A stretch of DNA of 63,359 nt, counting the filler, from Sphacelaria rigidula (taxonomy: Eukaryota): NCBI GenBank assembly GCA_964200075.2. It is 5 parts of 5 records of this genome, joined end to end, with 100 filler letters (N's around TTAATTAATTAA, not from the genome) between each part and the next. Parts side by side here need not be neighbours in the genome. Positions count along the whole stretch, not along the records: positions 38,079 to 50,669 come from CAXNAA020003592.1; 4 more parts are not named here. One strand, 5' to 3'. The notes under the pieces are model-generated. The model ran no database searches, was not told where the DNA came from, and worked only from the letters and a program-made list of their open reading frames with translations. Numbering within the stretch: position 1 is the stretch's first letter; each line of letters starts with the position of its first letter. Positions 38,079 through 48,196 of this stretch are shown here, in pieces. Made by a program: the position numbers and the translations under genes.

Positions 38079-40828
38079 AATCCTCCGGGTTCTCATCCTC
38101 AATCAAAAGCACCATCCTCAACATAGATGATTGGCTGTTTTCAGTTGTTCACCTAATCCGCGGACCTTACCAAATGTAGATGAGGTCCCAAAATGGCCAG
38201 GTTACAGACCCCAGTGGCCACCCGTGAAGCAGTACCTGGTGGCATGCCACAAAGTGAAATGCATCCGTCACACACTGCTTGCCGCAAGAAAAAAAAACGC
38301 AGCCCAAAACAAAGGTTGTCAAACATCGCATAGTTTCTATCTCATTCTGATACTATTAATAGTATATACAAACAGTTACTAAATACATGACCGCGGTCGC
38401 CAGCAGATGTAACGCACATACTCGTGCTAAAATCGCTCTCGACGCCTTGGCTTCTGCACTGCAGCCCTGACATGAAGCAGCCGCCAGCTTTGTCTTTTTT
38501 CTGTCAACTCTCCCTCTGTAATTCGACACTTCGAAGGATACTCGCTGTTGAAAGGCGAAATTGCCCTTTTTGCACAGCCACACAGAACAATGCAGCGCCT
38601 GGGGGCACGCAACCAAAGTGCATGTCGTCACAACTTGCTTGCGGCAGGAAAAGAGATTCCCACACACCCAAGCTACGTCGCCTAGTTTGGTTTTCGCGTT
38701 TGAGCGTGATGCTGACTCGCAAATAACCCAAATGTACTAAAATAAGGTGTTTTCCGCTGTGAGAGGGGGGATTTTCGGGCCGCTGACGCGACGTCAGCAA
38801 AAGATCAAACTCGGTCCCCTAGATCTTGTGTGTATGCGGGGGGCTGTCAAGTGCCGTGGACCGTCCGCACGAGAAGCAGCAGCAGCAGCAGCAGCAGCAG
38901 TATCAGTATCATAAAATATTTATTGCCAGTAAATGTACGTGGCTGGGGGTGGGTCTGAATCAATCGGCGCCGATGCTGCTGCTACTCTTGATCGTAGACG
39001 GTCCGCGTTTCGATCGTGCGACAACACCCACGCACCTTGCGAGTGATATCCACCGTGCTGGACAGCGCTGGGTATGTACTACCCGCCGATGGGTCCATGC
39101 TTGCTTACTTGGCGAAGTTCTGGGGGATAAAGCTGTGCGCATCTCTCTGTGGGAGCTGTGCGTGTGGAGTGTCTCCCACGCGTGGCTACTGCAACAAGGG
39201 AACGAAAGCCAAGTTTTTGAATTTGAGAGCGCCACTTGTACAAACCCGCCCACGCATAGACGAGAACTGCTGTGTTGTTCTGTGTTGAGTGTATTACTCT
39301 GTACTCCATACACCACTGCAGAATTGTCTTGTGTTGAGTGTAGCACCCTGTACTCCATGTAATGGGGTCATGGTCTGAGCAGTTTTTCGAAAAGTTCTGC
39401 TCGTTTTTCGAAAAGTAGTCCGAAAAAAACGAGAGTGTTTTCTGTCACAGAAATAAATCTAATGCCGAATCTGGAACAGCCTGACACAACAACCAATTTC
39501 AAAATTGGAACATCCCCTGTCGCGACATGGATTCAGCACGACCCTTTTGGAACCGTGTCGTACCCGGAAGTCAATTTCCTTCTCCATGGGGAGGCGGCGA
39601 GACGGGTGTACTCTAAACGCACATTGGGCTGAAAGGCGTAGTCCGACGTTCCTGACGAGCCGTGGTACGGTAGGGATGCACAAATATTTTCTCGATCGGC
39701 GTACTGGAGTTAGATGTAGACTCGCGCACTCGCACCACTGCAATCAGAATGAAGTTGTGTTGTGACAGAAAGTCTGTGGAAAATGCCGTCGTTTTGATTC
39801 CCGACGCGAAGAAAATACCTCGGGCAAGGTTTTACAAAAAAAGGGCACTCCTAACGTAGCGCAACTCTAACCTATCGGGAGGGGTGTACTCATGATCTTG
39901 CATGCCGCAGCCATATGGCCATTGAACTCGCATCCCTACAAAGCCGAGACGGAGGATTGTTCGGCCCGAAGCCTACTGATTATCTTGCATCAGGATGACG
40001 GCCTACAATGAGTCGGTTCATTTTCTGGTGTCGTCACATCCCGACACAGTGACGACTTACACACTCCCTTATGGGTGTTCAACCATTTCGAAACCACGTA
40101 GTACGACCACCCCCGTTGCGCGGAATTGAGGTTTTCCCGCCTCGCACAGTGTGATTTAGCTCGACCACCATCATGGTAACCCCTCCCAAAACGTAAGAGT
40201 TGAAAAAACGATAACCTGGTTGCCTATGGGTCACGCAGCGAGTGGCGTGTTTGACAGCGTCATTGCCAACCGACGCCAACCCCACGAGGGGTTCGTCTCT
40301 TCAAAGTCGAGACGGAGCTCGCCTGGTTTCGCCGAACCAGTCTAACGGGGGGAAGAGGGGGAGGGGATGCATGGGTTGTATGCTTGAGACAACGTACTCA
40401 ACCCGAAGAAGCGGAGGGCGTGAAGGAATGACGGAAACAGGAGTAGAAGAGGCCCATTCAAGGTCTTTCCTGCAGGAGCAATAGCACAAGGCAACCGAGT
40501 CAAGGCCAAGCTCTTCAATAGAAACACACCACCAGCTAATAAATGGTGCATTAGGGGTCAGAAGACAAAATAAACACGCCGCACTGCAGTATTACAAAAG
40601 GGTTGTCAACGTGCCGCTGAGAATCAGCACTGTAAATCACCACTGATCCCGAGCGCGGTGTGTAGCTTCTCTCCTTGCTTGACTGACGCGCATCACACTC
40701 TGAAGACGCTCCACCAGGACACATGCCGGTGTGATTCTCTTTTCTCGCGCAGCATCTACTGCATCGATGCTCGTCTTGTAGGGAAGCAGTGGTGCTGTGT
40801 ATAACTACGTCGCTGCTACAACGCGCCT

Positions 40829-43465
40829 TCAGCTCATCCGCCGCTCACCGGTGCTGAGGTCAACGGTTCTAGAAGCGAGCCAGCTTGCATCTGAGAGCGG
40901 AACCTCAGCTTTCACACCCACAATATAGTCTTCGCCGGACATGCCGAGACCACACATGCGTGGAGGACCTTCCCCCGAAACGCGCGATACACAAGTCATG
41001 TGACTTGGCCTGGCCATCTTAAAAGCCCCACGTTCGGGGCAGCTGGTGATCATTGAATGCACACCTGATGGGGCGGACTTGCGCTTTTTGCCCCCATCCG
41101 GAACGTCGCTACCTTGACCATTGCAAGTCTGAGGATTAAACTCTAGTTTCACGGCTGAATGAAGCTGCGCTTGCTCCGAGCGGTGGCCTGGATAAACGCG
41201 CTCTTCGCTTTCCAAATTTGTCTCCGTCTCCTTCGAATGTTGCATGCACAACCCTGCGGTTACCGTGCCCTCAATGTCAGGGGACGATCTACCCGTGCAG
41301 CTCCTGTGTAAACATTTTTTGTTCATGTCCACCATCCCATCAATGGCGTGCAAATGGTGGAACTTCGCCTGCCTGCTGCTCTCCAACCCATGGGGTGCTT
41401 TCTCCATGAAGCGATTGTGGAGGCACGATATTCTCACCACATCCTCCATCCCGTTTCTGGCGTGCTGCTGGCAGAAATCCGCCGACATGCTGGTGCTGCC
41501 CTTTAAGCCATAGTACGCGCGCTTGGAGCAAGTCTTGTGGTAGCATTCCCTGATTTTCGCTCTCGAATTCACCATCCCATCCCTGGCGTGCGCCTTGCAG
41601 AATTCCGCCTCCTTGCTGCCCTCCATGCCATACAACGCATTCTTGGAGCAGTCATCGTGGGGGCAGAAGCGGGTCATGTTTAACATCCCCTCCTTCGCGT
41701 GTTGCATGCAAAATTCCGCCTTCCTGCTGCCTTTCAACCCATAGTACGGTTGCTTGGTGCAACCCTCGTTGGAACACCTCTTCCTCACCATGTCCACCAT
41801 CCCGTCTCTGGCGTGCTGCTTGCAGGACTCCGCCTTCTTGCTACCCTTCATACCATACGACGGCTTCTTAGAGCAACTCTCCTGGTAGCATACTCGCTTA
41901 TGGATATTTACCATCCCCTCCATGGCGTGCTGCTTGCAGAACTCCACGTTTTTGCTGCTCTCTAAGCCATACGACGGATGCTTGAAGCAGCCATCGTGGG
42001 AGCATCTGATCATTATGCTCACCATCCCATCTGCGGCGTGCTGCTTGCAGAACTCCGCCTTTCTGCTGCCCTCTAAGCCATACCACGGATGCTTGAAGCA
42101 GCCATCGTGGGAGCACCTGTTCATCATGCTCACCATCTCCTCTTTGGCGTGCGGCTTGCAGAACTCCGCCTTCCTGCTGCCATCCAAACCATACGACGCC
42201 AGCTTGGAGCAGCCATCATGAGAGCACATGCTACACAACAAGTTTACCATCTCACCCTTGACGTGCTGCTTGCAGAACTCCATCTTCCTACTGCCCTTGA
42301 CACCATACGACGGCTGCTTGGAGCAGCCATCGTGGGAGCACCTCCTCCTGCTCACCAAGTTCACCATCCCCTCCTTGGCGTGCTGCTTGCAGAACTCCGT
42401 CTTCCTGCTGCCCTCTGACCCGTACGTTGTCCCCTTTGTGCAGCCCTCGTGGGAGCACTTTTTGTGCCTTACGCTGATCATCCCGTCTCTGGCGTGCTCC
42501 CTACAGAACTCCGCCTTCCTGTTGTACTCCAACCCAAACCACGCCTGCTTGTAGCACCCATGGTAGGAGCACACCTTACTCACCACGTTCATCATGTCGC
42601 CCTTGGCGTGCTGCTTGCAGAACTCCGCCTTCCTGCTGCCCTTTACACCATACGATGGCTGCTTGGAGCAGCCATTGTGGGAGCACCTCCTCCTGCTCAC
42701 CAAGTTCACCATCCCCTCTTTGGCGTGTTGCTTGCAGAACTCCGTCCTCCTGCTGCCCTCTGACCCATGCGATGTGCTCTTTGTGCAGCCCTCGTGGGAG
42801 CACTTCTTCTGCACGACGTTGACCATCCCGTCTCTGGCGTGCTGCTTGCAGAACTCCGCCTTCCTGCTGCCCTCCAAACCATATGACGGCTGCTTGTAGC
42901 AGCCCTCGTGGGGGCACCTCCTGCTCACCACGTTCACCATCTCACCCTTGGCGTGCTGCTTGCAGAACTCCGCCTTCTTGCTGCCCTTTACACCGTACGA
43001 CGGGTACTTGGAGCAGTCATCGTGGGAGCACGTGTTGCTCTTCACGTTCACCATCCCACCCTTGGCGTGCTGTTTGCAAAACTCCGCCCTTCTATCGCTT
43101 TCTAAGCCATACGATGGGTGCTTCGAGCAGCCCTCGTGGGAGCACCTCTTCTTCATGTCCACCATCCCACCCTTGGCGTGCTGCTTACAGAACTCCGCCT
43201 TCCTGCTGCCCTCCACACCATACGACGGGTACTTGGAGCAGCCATTGTGGAAGCACGTGTTGTTCTTCAGGCCTACCATCTCACCCTTGGTGTGCTGCTT
43301 AGAGAACGCCGCCTCCCTGATGCCCTCGAAACCATACGGCGCCTGTTTGTAGAAGCCATCGTGAGAACACCTCCTACTCACCACGTTCACCGTCCTCATG
43401 CTTACACACGACGGCTGCTCAGAACAGTCCTCGTAAGAGCACGCGCACTTCTTATCATGCGCCAT
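40829..43465 (-). CDS. EsV-1-7 domain tandem-repeat protein (~878 aa from first ATG), intronless ORF
   Basis: 16 intact 37-39-aa repeats CxHxGCxKxPxYGxxGSxKAEFCKQHAxxGMV (C-x4-C-x16-C-x2-H) plus ~4 degenerate flanking repeats. This is the EsV-1-7 motif shared by phaeoviruses and brown-algal genes such as IMMEDIATE UPRIGHT. The ORF track starts at a TTG (43492); the first ATG is at 43465. Confidence 0.92.
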   Translation of the reverse strand: MAHDKKCACSYEDCSEQPSCVSMRTVNVVSRRCSHDGFYKQAPYGFEGIREAAFSKQHTKGEMVGLKNNTCFHNGCSKYPSYGVEGSRKAEFCKQHAKGGMVDMKKRCSHEGCSKHPSYGLESDRRAEFCKQHAKGGMVNVKSNTCSHDDCSKYPSYGVKGSKKAEFCKQHAKGEMVNVVSRRCPHEGCYKQPSYGLEGSRKAEFCKQHARDGMVNVVQKKCSHEGCTKSTSHGSEGSRRTEFCKQHAKEGMVNLVSRRRCSHNGCSKQPSYGVKGSRKAEFCKQHAKGDMMNVVSKVCSYHGCYKQAWFGLEYNRKAEFCREHARDGMISVRHKKCSHEGCTKGTTYGSEGSRKTEFCKQHAKEGMVNLVSRRRCSHDGCSKQPSYGVKGSRKMEFCKQHVKGEMVNLLCSMCSHDGCSKLASYGLDGSRKAEFCKPHAKEEMVSMMNRCSHDGCFKHPWYGLEGSRKAEFCKQHAADGMVSIMIRCSHDGCFKHPSYGLESSKNVEFCKQHAMEGMVNIHKRVCYQESCSKKPSYGMKGSKKAESCKQHARDGMVDMVRKRCSNEGCTKQPYYGLKGSRKAEFCMQHAKEGMLNMTRFCPHDDCSKNALYGMEGSKEAEFCKAHARDGMVNSRAKIRECYHKTCSKRAYYGLKGSTSMSADFCQQHARNGMEDVVRISCLHNRFMEKAPHGLESSRQAKFHHLHAIDGMVDMNKKCLHRSCTGRSSPDIEGTVTAGLCMQHSKETETNLESEERVYPGHRSEQAQLHSAVKLEFNPQTCNGQGSDVPDGGKKRKSAPSGVHSMITSCPERGAFKMARPSHMTCVSRVSGEGPPRMCGLGMSGEDYIVGVKAEVPLSDASWLASRTVDLSTGERRMS

Positions 43466-46015
43466 TATTCGCCGCAATGGAAGCGACCTCAATACCCCGA
43501 CCGTTTGTACGCACTGGTTGATACGCTGTTCTGCTTCGAGCCCAAGGCCTCGCCCTCACAGTCCGTTGAAGTTCCTCCACTTGGACACCTTACATCTGCG
43601 GTACGTCTTGCGCAGAGGATACACTCAACGTCACCGTGCTACCTGTGATGGAAAAAGCGCACGAAAATCGCGTGAGCCGCGGCAATGAGTATGGATCACT
43701 TTGGGGTGGTGCCTAGTTACGAACAAGCGGCTGTATCTTTGATCCAAAAGCGGCGGGACGCAAAGTTTGGCCAGCTTGCGAAAAATTGTTATGCTGTTTC
43801 CTACCGAGCCGCGGCCTGATCGGCGTGTGGATAACAGAATGGAGTGAAAATGTTGGCTCGGGATTCTTGGTCTGTTTTCAATTCATCGTTACAACTCGTG
43901 ATAACACTGGCATGTTTTGCTGAACGTGTTCAACACAATCAGAGGGTGGCCATCTGTAGCAGACAATTAGAGCAAAATCGGGGATGCAGGCGCTCTGCCA
44001 TAGAACCGACCCGACACTCATCCGGTGAATAGGGAACGCGGCATGTGGGAAGGTCTACAGTAACTCGCCCCGCTTGGAGGTTACGAAGCATCGAACTGCA
44101 TCGAACTTCAGCTAATGTTTACCTTAGAACTGCGTAATATCGATCTTAACCAGCCCTGGCGTCAGTCGGGAGCTCCCGAAACGGAACAAGCGACCCGAAG
44201 CGGCAATAGCACACGCCAGTGCAATCCACAGGTGAGGCGCTGTGCGACGCGCTTTACGTCAAGCTTGTTGCATACGCCAGCTCTCCTTTCGTTGAGTGCA
44301 TTCATATGGCCGATCGCTTCCCATGGCTGCAAACGTGGGGTCCTAAGCCTTTGCTATTATTATTTTTTTTAGTCGCACTTTCAAATCCCTCCGCTTTCTC
44401 AGCACGAGTCCGTGGCGTCAAGGGGTCGACGCATTTTGGTATCGGGGATGGGATCAGGAGCCCCGCACCACGTCATTTTTCGTCAGACGAACTCGAACAA
44501 ACACTTTGTGCTACTCTCATCCTCACGCTTTCAACGACGGAAATCAGTTAGTTTTCAAGAGAGCAAGAAAAACTAAACACATTCAGCTGGAAACGGACCG
44601 ACAGTTTCACGGTTTCCCGACCCTTTGACGTCAGACACCATGAGACCCACCACCAGGCGCGGCAGCTCCACCACGGAAGTGAGATCATAGCACCACCATA
44701 CCAGCGAAAGAAGCTGCCGCCGTACAGAGTGAGCACGGGATCCACCGTCTACATTGGCGCACGGTCGAGTACCACGCGCAGTTATAGTGCAGCAATACAA
44801 CACTGCAGCCGGAGACGACAGCAGTGTGGTACTTCGGAGAGAGAACAGCTGATGGTGGACGAGACATTGGACGGAAACTAGAAGTAAATAACAATAATCC
44901 ATGTTGTCATTTTCCTGCGATGTCTTTCCGTCCCGGCGTGCCGTGACAACCCCCGAATCACGTCATGTGCTATGCACATCACAACGACATTGATGCAAAT
45001 ATCATCATCGTAAACGGCGCCAACGGCGCCTTGTGCGACCCAAAGTGCACCGTAACCTTTCTATGCTCCAGACAATCCGAAAGACCGGAAGATTGTTCGG
45101 GAGGTTTGCGTAACTTCTAGAAACACCTAGATTACACTACTGTGCGGCTCTCCTGCCTTCGACTCGAACCTGCTATACGGAGACACATAATGGGCCTGCC
45201 GGGTACCAACAGTAGCTTCACGCAAACGCAGAGTACCAAGCATCTCTAAAAATATTCGAAGCACTAGTTAAGTAACTTTGCAGCGAAAATGGCCAGCTTT
45301 GCTCAGCGCACATCAAGTCTTGTAAGCGTTTTTGAGGTTTACTGTGGCGTGCGGTTTGCCGTCCCAAAACTGAACCTGAAAACTAGCGATCGTTTGTCGT
45401 TAGTCAAGAAACGGCCTACGAGATGGATGGGTTTGCCTGATTGCGGGCACTACCCGTCGTGCGTCTAGCGACATGGCGTCCGCTCCAACATGAAACACAA
45501 CCAGTTGATTACGGCAGCTGTGATGCGGTCTTCGGTCTTGTCCTTGTAAATCAGACGTGATGCGTTGGTCTCTGTAAGCGCCGTACCCTGCAGTCAGCAC
45601 GAGTGTGAATTACACTGCAGCACAGGCAGTTCAGTGGAAGTACAAGTACAGTACAGATAGCACCATGCCGACGTGTTGTTGACTTGTTTCATACCATTCT
45701 GACCAGAAATATAAGATAACATGTCACGTTCAGAGTACTATTGCGTACGCCTTGACTTCGTGATCACATTGAAGGGAAATCCCAAGCGAGCTGCAATCGT
45801 CATATTGCGACATCGCACTTTTTCGACCACAACGCCAGCCCTTTGCAGATGCTTTTGGGCCTCAACCGCCGCCACATATCGTCTTTTGCATAGCTATATA
45901 CATGAATATACGTGTATAGGGTTATATTCATGTTTTTTCAAGGGGGCCCATGACCTGGTTTCCAGGAGCCATACCGCCCCCCCCCTCCTCCCTCCCGCTC
46001 GATTTTCGGGCGGAA

Positions 46016-46439
46016 AACAGCCAATCATCGAAATTGAGGATGGAGCTTCTCATTGAGGATAAGAACCCGGGGGATATAAATCTTCGTTTTTACACCTAAT
46101 CTTCGAAATATGGCTCCATTCCTTCACCTACTGGTAGCTATTGACAACTGATGCACGCCCTACAAATTTGGATTTCGATAACTAAAATGGTGGGGTCCTA
46201 GATGAAGAAATGTTTCCGGGGAATTCCTGTCATCCGATCGGATCGCCGAAATTTGCCCAATTTGGTTTTTCACCTAGGACCCCGACATTTCGGTTACTGT
46301 ATCAAAATCTAAATTCGTAGCTACCAGTGGGTGAAGGGATGGAACCATACTAAGACTTGGTGTGGGTGCGAAGATTTTAATCTTCCGGGTTCTCATCCTC
46401 AATGAAAAGTTCCATCTTCAACTTCGATGATCGGCTGTT
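46016..46439. mobile_element. Fold-back MITE (424 bp), 3-bp TSD GAA
   Basis: AACAGCCAATCATCGAAATTGAGGATGG... / ...CCATCTTCAACTTCGATGATCGGCTGTT, self-complementary over most of its length. Partial copies at 37908-37978 and 38079-38139. Confidence 0.85.
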
Positions 46440-47913
46440 GAAATCTGGATTTCTCACCGTTGTTTCTGGCCAAAATACGAATTGCCCACAATTCAGCTAG
46501 CGCCTAGGCGCTTATTTTTTTTTCGGAAAGGAAACGGAGTTTCACAAGATTCTCCAAGCTAACAACAGATTTCTCATGCGTCGAGCAGCGCCCAGACATA
46601 TCCTTACTATCTAATCCTGCCGTGATCATCGGGTTTGTCGAAACTTTTCTCGACATTTTTCTTGACATTTTTCACGTGATACAGAAAAATAATATATAGA
46701 CGTTTACACTACACGATCACGAAAAATGACGATATCAGAACATGGAGCGACAGCGCTTCGACATAAAGGAGGCCCGCCGGAGACGCACGGAGACACTTCG
46801 ACATGTCTCTTTTTCAGTCACCTGTCATGTAGGCAAGCAGCCCACCAGTTACCGACTGAGCCACTGGGGCGACCGACCGAAATTTGTTGACAGTAAACAA
46901 CAACTAGACTCTCGCAGAAGTCTTAGTACTTCCAGGCAGAGCTGGCACACTTGAGCATGTTTTGATCCTGTCCTCAACTGTGCTCCACCTTGTTCTTTCT
47001 GTACCAAGTCGGCACTGCTACTACTTTATCGTTCATACATGCGCGAAATTTCTCATTAGCAGTTGAACGCAACGGAATGAAATAGCCAGCGTGCCATCGC
47101 TCTTCACTGGACACAATCTAATACCGGGGCAAAGTCGGCACACCTCGAGCACGTTCTGATCTTGCACGCATGTCGCATCGTCTCTGTACTGTTGCTGTTG
47201 TAGCCGCTGCTGTTCTACCGTACATGCGAGTGGTTGGATACAGCGGCAAAAAATAGTAAGCGTGTCATCGCCCTCCACTAAACACAGTCTACTGCACGCT
47301 GTTGATGTTTTTGCTCAATGTTTCAGAGCAACACTACAGACATTGCGATGCTATGCTGGCAACATAAGAGGGGTCATGGAGGCGACAGGGTGAAAAGCAC
47401 AGTTTTTGCATGTGTTTTCCACGGTCGAATGGCCGTGATAAAAAAGAGTCAACTACAGCTTCGCTGCGACATACTTCATCTATAGTCCATCTGCACGGAA
47501 ACAAAGTATTTCGCAAGCTGGACAAAATAACTACTATACAACAGTACAAGTACAGGCCGTGTATTTTGCCAACGGTACGAGTTATAAGTACAGACTAAAC
47601 TTCGCAAACACAGTACAAGTGCGGGCTGTACTTGCGACGTTGTACCTCTGTACTTCCGACTACAGGCTGTACTCTGCAAGCACAGTAATGCAACGTTACA
47701 AGTACAGGCTGTACTCGCGAACACAGTACGAGGTGATTGCTGGACTTTACGTATACAACAGACGGTAGTAGTACAAGGGTACAAACACCCTGCACTTTGC
47801 CCATAATAGACAGCAGTAGGAGGTGGTGAATCATTTGTTCGCGACAACGGGAGGCAGGCTCGCATTTGGCAGCGGTGATTTCGGCAATGTCTTGAGTTCT
47901 ACACCGTCTTGAT

Positions 47914-48182
47914 TGTAAGGTTCAAGGCTACATGTGTTCATGTGAGCGGGTACACTGAGTTAACATGCACATATGCGGATAGATTTATGCTGACGCACGG
48001 GTACTGGTCGAGTGTGTGTGACTGCCAGTCCATGCTCCGGGAAGCCGCGTCGCCGCCTCCACCCCTCACTCTATATCTGATCCTACTTTCCGAGGATCGA
48101 CTCTGTCAAGGCGCTCTCCAATAAAACAAAGGATAAAAATATCTATCCTTCGTCACGGGCCACGGAATACACTAGTGTTACA
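47914..48182 (+). repeat. Putative 5' LTR of a second Copia element
   Basis: TGTAA...TTACA ends and internal AATAAA, immediately upstream of the gag ATG (48197). The partner LTR lies beyond the contig end. Confidence 0.65.
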
Positions 48183-48196
48183 ACCGGTTGGGCAAA

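Noticed and set aside
37908-38139. Left and right TIRs of one MITE family on either side of a spacer, suggesting true adjacency
   Set aside because: Flanks (TTA vs TTC) do not form a TSD, contigs are size-sorted, and assemblies commonly break in this fold-back repeat.
40829-43492. Endogenous phaeovirus (EVE) around the EsV-1-7 gene
   Set aside because: No other viral genes or gene-dense intronless neighbourhood. Flanks are host SINEs and MITEs, and EsV-1-7 genes are an established host family.
41218-43648. Many overlapping repetitive ORFs (ACCLQNSAFLLP..., LLQAAIVW...)
   Set aside because: Antisense or alternative-frame shadows of the EsV-1-7 repeats.
45400-45600. Ulp1-protease-like snippet (EDRITAAVINWLCFML) on the minus strand
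   Set aside because: Too short and interrupted by stops; no catalytic motifs seen.
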